From IMG/VR virus record IMGVR_UViG_3300026472_000003, positions 82,851 through 146,850 of that record: 64,000 nucleotides of DNA. One strand, 5' to 3'. This DNA is from a virus. Lineage: Duplodnaviria > Heunggongvirae > Uroviricota > Caudoviricetes. The notes beneath the pieces were generated by a model that ran no database searches, was not told the origin of the DNA, and was given only the letters and a program-made list of their open reading frames with translations. The position numbers were made by a program, and so were the translations under genes. This document shows positions 38,735-47,805 of the stretch, one piece after another. The stretch's first letter is position 1; each line of letters starts with the position of its first letter.

Positions 38735-38816
38735 TGGTGGGGCCACCTGGATTCGAACCAGGGCGTGGTATACCGAATTTACAGTCCGGCGCGTTCGGCC
38801 TCTCCGCCATGTCCCC
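38735..38816 (-). tRNA. tRNA-Tyr(GUA)
   Basis: Class II tRNA, anticodon arm CCGGA-CUGUAAA-UUCGG, T-arm CCUGG-UUCGAAU-CCAGG, acceptor GGGGACA/UGGCCCC. Confidence 0.6.
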
Positions 38817-38823
38817 TTTAACC

Positions 38824-39177
38824 TTATTTGGCGCTTGAGATAGATATGATATCTGTTGTGAACGGCATTACTGCCTTTTCATTCTCAGACGCTTTACCTG
38901 TCTCAGCCACTCTTTCATTCTCTTCTGCGTCATCTTCCGCGTTGTATTGAATGTTGAGTTCTTCGCCTTTCTCAATAACATACTTAGCAATCGCTGCACG
39001 GATGTTATCTTTAGTGCCTGTCGCCATCAACAGATCCTTTATGACTCTGTAGGCATCGGGCATAAGAGCAATCATGTTTGTGTTACCATCCAAAACTGCC
39101 TTCTCTACTGCAATCGCGTTAGACTCTTCTTTGAGTGGTCTACCACGACGTCTTTTAATTGGTGGTTTAACTGCCAT
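38824..39177 (-). CDS. small basic protein (AT-hook-like KRRRGRP N-terminus)
   Basis: 117-aa ORF with GAGG RBS, embedded in the tRNA array. Confidence 0.45.
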   Translation of the reverse strand: MAVKPPIKRRRGRPLKEESNAIAVEKAVLDGNTNMIALMPDAYRVIKDLLMATGTKDNIRAAIAKYVIEKGEELNIQYNAEDDAEENERVAETGKASENEKAVMPFTTDIISISSAK

Positions 39178-39199
39178 ATCCTACCTCTCAATATAAGGA

Positions 39200-39228
39200 A
39201 GATTATCATCTATAATCTTGTTCGTCAA
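39200..39228 (-). promoter_or_regulatory. putative sigma70-like promoter (TTGACG-N17-TAATCT) for the 38824..39177 gene
   Basis: Read on the minus strand: -35 at 39223-39228, -10 at 39200-39205. Confidence 0.3.
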
Positions 39229-39266
39229 GAGGTATTTTATCACAAAACCTTTAAAATTTCAAACTT

Positions 39267-39343
39267 TGGAGCAGGGCATCGGATTTGAACCGATAAACAT
39301 CTCGTTTGCGGCGAGAGCCGTTACCTGATTCCGGCAACCCTGC
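39267..39343 (-). tRNA. tRNA-Cys(GCA) (C33 in anticodon loop)
   Basis: Anticodon arm UCUCG-CCGCAAA-CGAGA, T-arm AUCGG-UUCAAAU-CCGAU, acceptor GCAGGGU/GCCCUGC. Confidence 0.5.
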
Positions 39344-39348
39344 ATGTT

Positions 39349-39425
<77 letters not shown>

Positions 39426-39429
39426 TGTC

Positions 39430-39518
39430 TGGTGCGTCCGGTGGGGGTCGAACCCACAATCCCCGTCAGGGGAGGGAGATTTTAAGTCTCCTGTATATAC
39501 CAATTTCACCACAGACGC
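39430..39518 (-). tRNA. tRNA-Leu(UAA)
   Basis: Class II tRNA, anticodon arm GGAGA-CUUAAAA-UCUCC, long variable arm, acceptor GCGUCUG/CGGACGC. Confidence 0.7.
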
Positions 39519-39964
39519 TAATCATCATTTCTGAAATACTCGACAACAATATTATTCTCTGGTAAACGATCTACCTTGTTGTTTTGGACAGATGCCCCAT
39601 AAGTTCCTGCACATGACCTGCTGCAAAAAGGGCCTGCCTTCTTTCGTGACCTGTTTCTAACCTGCGTCACAGACAATTTGAAAAATGTTCCGCAAAACAC
39701 ACAGTTAGAATGCACATCTTTTCTACGCAGAGCGCTCTTCTCAGAGTTCTCCACTACAGATAGGATTTGAAGATTATCCTCATCTTCGTTGAGGAGGTTT
39801 CTGTCCACATGGTCTACCGTTTCATCGTCAGATAGTTCTCTTCCTAGTTTACTCTCCATCAACTGCCGAGGGTAACTCTTGGTGGTTCTCGAACCATCTT
39901 CCTTAGATAGTACCAATATCCTTCTTCCATCTTTCCTTGTGTACGGCCCGTAAATCTTTTTCAA
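39518..39964 (-). CDS. HNH homing endonuclease
   Basis: 148 aa with ..DHVDRNLLNEDEDNLQILSVVENSEK.. (H-N-N/HNH signature). Abuts the tRNA-Leu 5' end. Confidence 0.6.
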   Translation of the reverse strand: MKKIYGPYTRKDGRRILVLSKEDGSRTTKSYPRQLMESKLGRELSDDETVDHVDRNLLNEDEDNLQILSVVENSEKSALRRKDVHSNCVFCGTFFKLSVTQVRNRSRKKAGPFCSRSCAGTYGASVQNNKVDRLPENNIVVEYFRNDD

Positions 39965-40257
39965 TTGAGCCTCCTACAAAACTCTTAGGTCGGAGGCACC
40001 TGACCACCTTGTCGAAGATTTGATTAAGTGATTCATGAGGTCACCTTGGTCATTTCTCCTATCCCGCTCCCTTCAAGACAGTTTGCAACCTGTCAAGATC
40101 TTCGCTGGAAAGTGCGATACCCCGAACTAAGAGTTCTTTCTGTTTGGAGCCGAGTGGTGGAATCTAACCACCTATGTATGGGCAATGACACTATGGTCGT
40201 TTAACCTTTTTCAGGCCTGGATGGGCCTCGCGGTTGACAAACCGCCTACTCGGCAAT

Positions 40258-40333
40258 TGGAGCTGGTTGCAGGACTTGAACCCGCCACCCCCTGCTTACA
40301 AGGCAGGTGCTCTACCATATGAGCTAAACCAGC
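40258..40333 (-). tRNA. tRNA-Thr(UGU)
   Basis: GCUGGUU UA GCUC AUAUGGUA GAGC A CCUGC CUUGUAA GCAGG .. UUCAAGU .. AACCAGC U CCA. Confidence 0.75.
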
Positions 40334-40740
40334 ATGACATGTTGTCTCCGATAGACGCCTGGAGGTGTGGAGCGGCATATCTTATGACCGACCAGCCTGT
40401 AACCCAGGGTTTGAAGGAACTTTGTTTTTTAAGGCTTCACGTTTGAACTGCTAAACTTTAACCTTTCACACTTGAGGGGAGTTCACAGCCTCCTAAGAGC
40501 CGAAGCGAACTTAACCCGATGAACTTTGAGACATGAACTTTGAAGGTTTTTTCGAATGTATTCGAAACATCTTACGGTTATCATATCAGATAATCACCAT
40601 TATGTGTGTTGAGGTAGTTTAACCTCCAACCTCGATAGAGGTAAGATGTAACCACATCGTGATACCGAAAACAACATGTAAAACTTTAACAGCTTTATTA
40701 AGGAATCACAAGAGGTTATTCAAGGATTCCGTAAATTTTG

Positions 40741-41391
40741 TTACTCTGCCTTAGCAGGTTCCACTTCAATCTCTGTACGAGCGTTAGACTCGGAGAGAGC
40801 GAAGTCAACTTCGGTTAAGAAGTCGTCGATTTCTGTTTCCAGAGCTTCGATAACTGCTGCAAGCCCTGTTGGATCGTACAACGCTGGTTCACCACGTTGA
40901 CGGAGAGGTACAGCGATACCCTCTACTTCATCGCCTTTAGTGGCACGGTCACGACCTAACAGTGTATCCAACTTGCTAGACAAAGCCGCGTCAAATTCAC
41001 TGGAACGCTTGCTGAACTGGATCATCCCCATGTTATACAGCGCTTTCATCTTAGCTAAGAGGCCCTGACGAAGCACAACGCTACGCTTCTGCTCAATTGC
41101 TTGGGCTACAGTGGTCTCTTTACCACCAATGGTGACCAAGGTCACAGCATTTGACTGGATAATCCCAGCTTTCAGCAAGTCACGCATTGTCAGCATATCC
41201 GTAATAGACTGCAATTGAGACTGGGCCTTAGTGGCGAAATCAGTGGCGGTGACGGTTTTACCCGTGAGTTTCAGATAAGTACCTTGTCCTTCGGTCACTG
41301 CGACCAAGTCAAGACGCTCAGTTTGTTTAAGCAGCTTTGCGTCGAGGGACTTCAAAGTTGCCAGAGCACGGGTAATAGACATCTTAGCCAT
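40741..41391 (-). CDS. hypothetical protein
   Basis: 216-aa ORF with GGAG-type RBS, between the two tRNA clusters. Confidence 0.45.
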   Translation of the reverse strand: MAKMSITRALATLKSLDAKLLKQTERLDLVAVTEGQGTYLKLTGKTVTATDFATKAQSQLQSITDMLTMRDLLKAGIIQSNAVTLVTIGGKETTVAQAIEQKRSVVLRQGLLAKMKALYNMGMIQFSKRSSEFDAALSSKLDTLLGRDRATKGDEVEGIAVPLRQRGEPALYDPTGLAAVIEALETEIDDFLTEVDFALSESNARTEIEVEPAKAE

Positions 41392-41468
41392 TGTATTTCT
41401 CCTCTATGGATTTTAATTTTGAGTTTTAAGTTTAGTTCTTGCCGACATCCTTGTCAGCTTTGCAGTTA

Positions 41469-42080
41469 TTACTGCTTGCCAGTCTGAACAACTACCGCAG
41501 CGCGGTTGGCGTCAGCTTTAGCGATTTCCAGACGAGTGTCACGTTCTGCCTTGATCTGGTCACGCAGTTCTGCTACCTGAGCTTCAAGGTCTTTGATTCG
41601 GCTGTCTTTTGCAGTGTTACCCGCGTTCAGTTCAGCAATCGCAATCTTGTGCGTGGATTCCTGTGAGGACAGGCGAGCTTGCAGCTCACGAGCGCTTGAG
41701 GACTGTGCAGCGGCGACAGCAGAGGTAACTGCGTCTTCGTTACTGTCCAGAGCGTTGCTCAGGTCGTTACGGAGCTGAGAAACTTCTTCCGGCTTGATGC
41801 TAACCAGGCCACGAGCTTTCAGAATCGAGTTCACAACTGCGTCTTCGTTTTCCAGCGTCTTGATTTTCAGCACAGATTTAGCTTCTGCAAGTTTTTCGTC
41901 GTACTGAGTTTCGATCTGAGACAGTTCTTTCTGCTTGAACTGGATTTCCTGAGAAATCTGCTCAGATCCTTCTGCCAAGCCCTGTAGCTCAAGGACAACC
42001 TTACTCAGGTTACCTGATGCAGCAGCTACAGCTTTGGTTGCACGTTCGGTTACGGACACTACAGTTTTTACGTCAGACAT
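41469..42080 (-). CDS. coiled-coil hypothetical protein
   Basis: 203 aa, E/Q/A/K-rich heptad character, GAGGGG RBS. Confidence 0.45.
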   Translation of the reverse strand: MSDVKTVVSVTERATKAVAAASGNLSKVVLELQGLAEGSEQISQEIQFKQKELSQIETQYDEKLAEAKSVLKIKTLENEDAVVNSILKARGLVSIKPEEVSQLRNDLSNALDSNEDAVTSAVAAAQSSSARELQARLSSQESTHKIAIAELNAGNTAKDSRIKDLEAQVAELRDQIKAERDTRLEIAKADANRAAVVVQTGKQ

Positions 42081-42107
42081 GTTATTTTCCCCTCTCTAGG
42101 ATTTAAG

Positions 42108-42254
42108 TTAAACGTCCAAGTCGTATTTACGACGGGACTCTTCAATAATTTCTTTGGTAGTCATGGTGTTCTCTTGACCTATCCAGTAATACCAAAGAAA
42201 GATTACTACACTCAATACTGTCATTACCCCGAAGGACACTAACGGCGAAGGCAT
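42108..42254 (-). CDS. small hydrophobic protein (48 aa, not in ORF track)
   Basis: ATG at 42254 preceded by AGGAG. Translation MPSPLVSFGVMTVLSVVIFLWYYWIGQENTMTTKEIIEESRRKYDLDV. Confidence 0.35.
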   Translation of the reverse strand: MPSPLVSFGVMTVLSVVIFLWYYWIGQENTMTTKEIIEESRRKYDLDV

Positions 42255-42339
42255 ATGCACTCCTATTTGTTTTCACGTAAAGCACTTTCGTCCATTTAAG
42301 CTATCACCCTGTGCCATTACGCGAGCCGGGTCAGCAAGA

Positions 42340-42420
42340 CTGGGAGTCGAACCCAGATCTCTCTACATGAAAATTGGCAGTGTACCTCGGGTTCGAACCA
42401 AGACGCTACGAGGAGCTACC
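42340..42420 (-). ncRNA. tRNA-like degenerate element with two T-arm-like motifs
   Basis: Contains CUGGG-UUCGACU-CCCAG and CUUGG-UUCGAAC-CCGAG followed by GUACACU-G-CCA, but no matching 5' acceptor or anticodon arm was found. Confidence 0.25.
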
Positions 42421-42530
42421 TCGTCTGCTGTTGACCTTCGTCCTGCTTTGCCTTTCACCGCATTCCTGCCGCTCGTCAGCCACAATGTTTCGGCTTCCAG
42501 CAAAGAGACTCTTCAACATACACCATAACT

Positions 42531-42606
42531 TGGTGGGATGTACAGGCTTCGAACCTGTGACCTACGGATTAAGAATCCGCCGCTCTACCTACTGGGCTAA
42601 CATCCC
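42531..42606 (-). tRNA. tRNA-Lys(CUU)
   Basis: GGGAUGU UA GCCC AGUAGGUA GAGC G GCGGA UUCUUAA UCCGU .. ACAGG UUCGAAG CCUGU ACAUCCC A CCA. Confidence 0.75.
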
Positions 42607-42777
42607 AAATTTGTGCCAGACCAGTATTTTAAGTCCCCTGTCTGGCGTGAGGGAGACTATCTGCCATTGAGAGGTGACACCTTACTACGACCCTAACGAC
42701 CTGCAACTCCTTCCAATGGTTGGCTCATGCACTCGTTAGCGCCGATTCAGGACAATCCTTCTCGACAGCAAATCAGG

Positions 42778-43119
42778 TTACTTTTTCTTTTTGGAAGAAC
42801 CTTTAGATTCTACCGCCTTCGCTTCGACCTTAGTCTCACGAGACTTACTCAGGCGCTCACGCTTAGTTTTGCCTGTTCGGATACGATGAGAAACAGAAAT
42901 TACCTGACCACCTTCAACACTTGTCTTCGACTCCCAGAGGTAAACTACGTTACCGTCTTCGTCACGTCCTTTCTTGCGAACAGAAACCGTCTTGGTTGTA
43001 CCGCCAAGACGAAGGTCTTTAGCAGGTGAAGAAGTCTGTGTTGACTTCGAGTCAAAAGAGAAAGGCTGCTTAATCGCGTCGATTGCAGAGACTTTCTTAG
43101 CAGTGTTTTTCTTAGCCAT
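42778..43119 (-). CDS. small lysine-rich basic protein
   Basis: 113 aa, K/S/T-rich with a KKKK C-terminus, AGGAGA RBS. Confidence 0.45.
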   Translation of the reverse strand: MAKKNTAKKVSAIDAIKQPFSFDSKSTQTSSPAKDLRLGGTTKTVSVRKKGRDEDGNVVYLWESKTSVEGGQVISVSHRIRTGKTKRERLSKSRETKVEAKAVESKGSSKKKK

Positions 43120-43241
43120 CTTATGTTTCTCCTATTTGGATTATTTTATCTAACGTTTTGTTTTCTTTGTGTCTTTCAATGTCGGTAAGAGTAATCTCTT
43201 TTCTTCTCATTGTCAACACTTATTTTAAATCTTTTTTTGTT

Positions 43242-43318
43242 TGGTGGCCCATGCCGGACTCGAACCGACAACCGAGCGATTATGAGTCGCTTGCTCTAAC
43301 CAATTGAGCTAAAGGGCC
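43242..43318 (-). tRNA. tRNA-Met(CAU), elongator or Ile2-type
   Basis: GGCCCUU UA GCUC AAUUGGUUA GAGC A AGCGA CUCAUAA UCGCU .. UCGG-UUCGAGU-CCGGC AUGGGCC A CCA. Confidence 0.65.
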
Positions 43319-43345
43319 AATGCCTGTCTCGTCTTGATGTGGTGT

Positions 43346-43374
43346 ATACTACATAAGGCCCTTCCCTTTGTCAA
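43346..43374 (-). promoter_or_regulatory. sigma70-like promoter TTGACA-N17-TAGTAT reading toward tRNA-Met
   Basis: On the minus strand, -35 TTGACA at 43369-43374 and -10 TAGTAT at 43346-43351. Confidence 0.5.
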
Positions 43375-43637
43375 ACACTTACTTAGATTATTTCAATTAT
43401 ATTCATCATCCCTCCCCGAATCCAGTCCTAATAAGATTAGGCCTTTCATCAAATAAATCAACATCCTCCGTCTGGGAGATACCTTCGCCGTAGCCAATTT
43501 CATTGCAACCAGAATTAAACTTTTTCATATTCATCCTCAAAATAAGCGTTGGAGAAAGTTATAATTTTATTTTTCATTTCTTGATTCCTTTTTTGGAGCG
43601 AAGCACCGCTGCCTCTGCTCTACGCTGTTTCCGATTC

Positions 43638-43895
43638 TTATGCAGAGATTCGGTAAATCCTAATGGCATATCTGTTAGAGAAATCCCCCTCGTTGGGGTA
43701 GTAGCAGTAGAGACCTCCTTCTTCACCAAAGGAGGCGAGGCAGACCCAGGTTTCGAGGTTAAAGCCAGTATTATCAAAAGCGATTTCATTAGCTTCTTCA
43801 ATGGCCTCGTCAATCGTGCTATGACTTGATTCATGTTCTATATACTCCCCATCTGATGAATTGTCTGATTTATATACAAGTTTTAGTTTAAACAT
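43638..43895 (-). CDS. acidic hypothetical protein
   Basis: 85-aa ORF. The overlapping + ORF and alternative - ORF were judged less coding-like. Confidence 0.35.
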   Translation of the reverse strand: MFKLKLVYKSDNSSDGEYIEHESSHSTIDEAIEEANEIAFDNTGFNLETWVCLASFGEEGGLYCYYPNEGDFSNRYAIRIYRISA

Positions 43896-43978
43896 AGTAC
43901 CTACTATTAAGTTATTTATCGAAGTTATTTATTAACCTCGATCTTATCAGTGGTTACTTGTTTTGTCAATTTCAGCAA

Positions 43979-44212
43979 TCAGGTATTGACTTCATCTGGC
44001 AATTCTAGTAGACGGAGTGCTTCGGTGGAAACAGGTGCCGAAGCGCCCCGTAGACTATTGAGAAGAGAGTCAACCTCTTCTTTATTTTCCTGGTAAAACT
44101 TATCCATCTCCCACTCCGACAACCCGTCTTCTGCATCCGGTGCCAAATCCTTCTTGCGATCCGTATGCACTGAGGCCCTATTGTGGTCGTTCTTTGCAAC
44201 CCAATTTCTCAT
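43979..44212 (-). CDS. hypothetical protein
   Basis: 77-aa ORF. Confidence 0.35.
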   Translation of the reverse strand: MRNWVAKNDHNRASVHTDRKKDLAPDAEDGLSEWEMDKFYQENKEEVDSLLNSLRGASAPVSTEALRLLELPDEVNT

Positions 44213-44383
44213 CAGTCATGCTCCGAGATAACACTACGAATGTTGACAATCTCAATATCATCCATGTCAAGTTCTTCGATGTGCTCTATGTACTCAGAAA
44301 ATTCTCCCGAGCGGGTAAGTTCGATAATAGCGATTTCTGTCACAGTTCTTGTGACCTTGGCCCTAACCCTGCGTGGTTGATTC
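44210..44383 (-). CDS. small hypothetical protein (57 aa, not in ORF track)
   Basis: ATG at 44383 preceded by GGAGGAAAUCC. Translation MNQPRRVRAKVTRTVTEIAIIELTRSGEFSEYIEHIEELDMDDIEIVNIRSVISEHD. Confidence 0.4.
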
Positions 44384-44578
44384 ATGGATTTCCTCCAAAT
44401 CTACAATTCCAGTATCATTATTTTTCCATATTGTTTTCCCTTTAGTGCCGGACATGGTGTGTCCGCAGGAAAAATCAATGATGCAAATACCTGGCCCGTG
44501 GGCGACGAGATCAGCCTCTACGTCCTCTTTACAAGCCTTGCACTCCATAATTACAGTTCCAAACATAAAGCCTCCCAT
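44363..44578 (-). CDS. small Cys-containing hypothetical protein
   Basis: ATG at 44578 (MGGFMFG..). The track's longer version starts at TTG inside the terminator. Confidence 0.35.
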   Translation of the reverse strand: MGGFMFGTVIMECKACKEDVEADLVAHGPGICIIDFSCGHTMSGTKGKTIWKNNDTGIVDLEEIHESTTQG

Positions 44579-44582
44579 GAAG

Positions 44583-44615
44583 AAAAGCCCCAAGAAGGGG
44601 CTTTATTTATTTTTC
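44583..44615. terminator. bidirectional rho-independent terminator after the NAMPT-like gene
   Basis: GCCCC-AAGAA-GGGGC stem flanked by T-runs on both strands. Confidence 0.55.
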
Positions 44616-44620
44616 AAAAA

Positions 44621-46384
44621 TTATTTCAGTAATCGTTCACGAATGGCTGTCAACGTTGTCTGATTAAACAACTTACCATTACGGAAGATTATTTGCAACT
44701 GATTATCCTCATCAGCCACCTCATGGAGGCCAAGCCCATCAATCAGTTGGTACACACCATCCGCCCCGAGAACAACCTTCAAGAAACCATTCGCAGATTT
44801 TTTCTTCATGTCTGTTTTCGGTTCTTTTGTCACCAGGATTTCATCACCACCGATGATGGAGCCAGTTGCTTTACATGCGAAACCTAAACTGTCGCGGGTG
44901 CTGTAGTTGTAGGTATAAGACCCGATGCCGAAAACGATGTTGCTTGAAGCATAACCACGTTCTTTCAGGCGAATCAGAATGTCTTCCGCACGTTGCAGCG
45001 TGATGCTGTCACCGTAGATCAGGCCGATATGTGAATCCAGAACACGGAAGCCTTTGCTGTTAACAGTTCCGCCGAAGGTTTCCCATAGGCATTCGATTGT
45101 GCCAAGAACTTCGTGACGTTTCAAGCTAGTGGCTTCACCCTTCTCACCGTAATAAACCCCATCTTCTTCAATGAGTTCCGCACCGCTGACCTTGAAGATG
45201 GTTTCAATATCACTTGGCGTGAAGTCAGAAACTTTTTCAATCTCTTCAATGTCCGCAAGATTTGACTCAAGAACCTCTGCCCAGCCGAGACGCCCTTCTT
45301 CGTACTCTGCACGGAGGTACGCTTTAGCAGCTTCAACTGAAATGACACGGTAGCCTGCAATGATACGCACTGGGTCACCAGAATCTGGACGAATAACCAG
45401 CTTGCCTTCACGGGCCATGATTTCATCTTTCAGTTCCGGCAACATTGCCAGGATAACTGCCCAGTAATCATAACTGTCTGAAACATATGAGCAATATCCG
45501 TCAGGATAAATTTCAGTCGCATACTTCTCCAGGAATACCAGCTCTGCTGCATAACGAAGCTCATCCAGAGTGGCATCTTTAAATCCTGGGTCTTTCAGAA
45601 GATTTTTAATAATCTTTCCGATATTCGTCGTCGCAACACTGTGTTCTGATGCTGGAATTGAACCCGCAACGAATTTATGAGCCATCCCATAGTAACGACG
45701 AGCATAACGGATTGCCGGAATGGTGTCCGTGCCGTAGAACGAAGTTAAATGTGCAATACCGTTTTTGTATGCATCAGCAATGCCAGACAATCCACGGAAA
45801 CTGAAATCATGACACTGGAACATTAAGTGGTCTAATGCATCACAGGTCTGATCCGCAAAATCACGGCACAGTTTGTAATACTGGTGTGCGATTGTTGCAT
45901 TGTTCATGACCTTCCAGGTTTCAGCCGACAGCGCCGTCTCAAAATAGTTTGTCAACCAGAAGAAACGAGAATCTGTGTTGTGGATAGTATAAACAGGAAC
46001 CTGAACTGGGGCCAATGAACCCTCCGGCAGGCAACGCATTTCTAAAGGTAAATAACCCAAGTCATGCAGAGCTTCGATATGCTCAGTGCGGATTTTTTCC
46101 TGAGGGATGCCCAAAGACAACCACAACTCTTCAACGTATTCACCGATAACCTGTTCTTTCGGTTGAGCGAAGAATTGCTCATTCCAATACTCAACTAAAA
46201 AGTTGATTGCAACACCCTGGACGCCAGCGACCACAACACGATGGTCTGAACCATAGAAGTGAGGGAAAAGTTTTTCAGATCGCGGGGTGAAGTTAGAGAA
46301 AATAACTTCACTTGCTTGGTTGTACTGATCAGCATGTGATGGTTTGTAGAAATCGGTTGCGAACAGCGGGTTCATCTTGATCAT
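44621..46384 (-). CDS. nicotinamide phosphoribosyltransferase (NAMPT/NadV)-like protein
   Basis: 587 aa. N-terminus NPLFATDFYKPSHADQY matches the NAMPT start (NILLATDSYKVTHYKQY). Confidence 0.65.
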   Translation of the reverse strand: MIKMNPLFATDFYKPSHADQYNQASEVIFSNFTPRSEKLFPHFYGSDHRVVVAGVQGVAINFLVEYWNEQFFAQPKEQVIGEYVEELWLSLGIPQEKIRTEHIEALHDLGYLPLEMRCLPEGSLAPVQVPVYTIHNTDSRFFWLTNYFETALSAETWKVMNNATIAHQYYKLCRDFADQTCDALDHLMFQCHDFSFRGLSGIADAYKNGIAHLTSFYGTDTIPAIRYARRYYGMAHKFVAGSIPASEHSVATTNIGKIIKNLLKDPGFKDATLDELRYAAELVFLEKYATEIYPDGYCSYVSDSYDYWAVILAMLPELKDEIMAREGKLVIRPDSGDPVRIIAGYRVISVEAAKAYLRAEYEEGRLGWAEVLESNLADIEEIEKVSDFTPSDIETIFKVSGAELIEEDGVYYGEKGEATSLKRHEVLGTIECLWETFGGTVNSKGFRVLDSHIGLIYGDSITLQRAEDILIRLKERGYASSNIVFGIGSYTYNYSTRDSLGFACKATGSIIGGDEILVTKEPKTDMKKKSANGFLKVVLGADGVYQLIDGLGLHEVADEDNQLQIIFRNGKLFNQTTLTAIRERLLK

Positions 46385-46441
46385 TTAAAATCTCTCCTGG
46401 TTATTTTGTGGGGTGATTGTACACCCCGTTTTATTTTGATG

Positions 46442-46969
46442 TCAAGAACAAAGTTCTAAACTGCTTGATGTCTCAACGATTGTTTTTGTTTCTGTTACCA
46501 ATCTGCAACCCTTGACAACAATGGTGCTCTCTTCTTTTGACCAAGAGCGCGGTCTCTTTTTGAAAGACTTTGCACGAAAAATCAAGAAATTAATCACGTT
46601 GTCTGGTGGCGTTTCGGAGAAGAAGATCGCCACACTCTCATAAGCAGGGCATTTAAAAGGCATCTCTTCGGTAACATCGTAATGCAGACCGCGACCATTG
46701 TTAGACCTTCCAGGCGTGGGCCAAATGGTTGTTGGTCGGTCGCACCCACCGTCTGACTGCTGCAATGTGAAATTATCTAACCAATCACAGATGGCATCGA
46801 TGTCAGAGTCAGGATATTCCTTCTTCAAATCTTCCCGTTCAGGAATGTACTCTTTTCCAGCCTCACACTCACCAATCTGCCCAGTGATGTGAGCACACAT
46901 CTCCCGTTCAAAGTTGCCTGAGTAAGAATCTGTGTCAACAACAAAGATAATACGCTTTGATTCAGTCAT
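46442..46969 (-). CDS. hypothetical protein between the PRS-like and NAMPT-like genes
   Basis: 175 aa, Cys/Asp-rich N-terminus. Confidence 0.4.
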   Translation of the reverse strand: MTESKRIIFVVDTDSYSGNFEREMCAHITGQIGECEAGKEYIPEREDLKKEYPDSDIDAICDWLDNFTLQQSDGGCDRPTTIWPTPGRSNNGRGLHYDVTEEMPFKCPAYESVAIFFSETPPDNVINFLIFRAKSFKKRPRSWSKEESTIVVKGCRLVTETKTIVETSSSLELCS

Positions 46970-47805
46970 TAAAAATTCTCCGTCCAGTCATGGTAAGCAT
47001 AAATTTCATCCACACCACCGTCGAGGATAACTTGTTTCCCAAAGGAGAAAATCCCGTGGGTAACATACAGTATTACACGTTTTGCACCTTTGGCTTTCAG
47101 CGCTTGGGCCAGTGCGATAAAGGTACGACCACCGTCACAGATATCATCCACGATAAGGCACTCTTTACCTTCGACATCACCAAACACCGCAGTGCCTGTG
47201 ATTTCACCTGTAGCCAGGTCACGGATTTTTCCTGCCTCAACAATTGGAAGTCGGTTGCTGTCTGCTACACCTTGTGCCTTCTTACGAGCGCCAGCGTCCG
47301 GTGCAACAACAACGACATCACGAGCGAAGAGGCCGACACCGAGGGTTGGACTGTTTTTAACAATCAGACTATTCAGCTCACGAACCAATTCCTTCTGCCC
47401 ACGGATTCGGATTTTGTTGATAAGGGCCTCTGACACATGGCTGTGTGGGTCATCAACAACAACTTTATCAAAGCCGAGGGAGTTGATGATATTCGCAAAA
47501 ACTTTAATGGATAAGGATTCACCTGGTTGCATCACTCGGTCTTGTCGAGCATAAGGGATGTACGGGAGGTTCAGAACGAACTCCGCGTTGGTGTCCAGAT
47601 TCTCCAGACGTGAACATGCATCAACCAGCAATGCTAGTGTCATAACGTCAACAGATGTCTTGATTTTGGCTGTGATTTCCACAAAACCGATACGCCCGTG
47701 CGGCGCATGTGCCAAGTCAATCTTAACCTGCTCTTCTCCACCCTTGAAAGTGAAGTGCTCAACTGGAACCACGAGATTGTTCAGTTGTAATTTTACGTTA
47801 CTCAT
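46969..47805 (-). CDS. ribose-phosphate pyrophosphokinase (PRPP synthetase)-like protein
   Basis: PYIPYARQDR and DDICDGGRT motifs of the Prs family. Confidence 0.7.
   Translation of the reverse strand: MSNVKLQLNNLVVPVEHFTFKGGEEQVKIDLAHAPHGRIGFVEITAKIKTSVDVMTLALLVDACSRLENLDTNAEFVLNLPYIPYARQDRVMQPGESLSIKVFANIINSLGFDKVVVDDPHSHVSEALINKIRIRGQKELVRELNSLIVKNSPTLGVGLFARDVVVVAPDAGARKKAQGVADSNRLPIVEAGKIRDLATGEITGTAVFGDVEGKECLIVDDICDGGRTFIALAQALKAKGAKRVILYVTHGIFSFGKQVILDGGVDEIYAYHDWTENF

Noticed and set aside
36289-38843. Many 60-120 aa ORFs on both strands across the tRNA array (e.g. 36289..36519, 36500..36808, 36609..36971, 37797..38078, 38520..38726, 38617..38838)
   Set aside because: They overlap confidently folded tRNA genes. 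Translations contain tRNA-derived peptide artefacts (e.g. ..IAQSVEQ..) and have no RBS.
42374-42670. 98-aa plus-strand ORF
   Set aside because: It spans tRNA-Lys(CUU) and tRNA-like elements and is not coding-like.
43503-43834. ORFs 43503..43829 (+) and 43574..43834 (-)
   Set aside because: They overlap the more protein-like 43638..43895 minus-strand ORF in other frames. Only one can be real, and the confidence is low.
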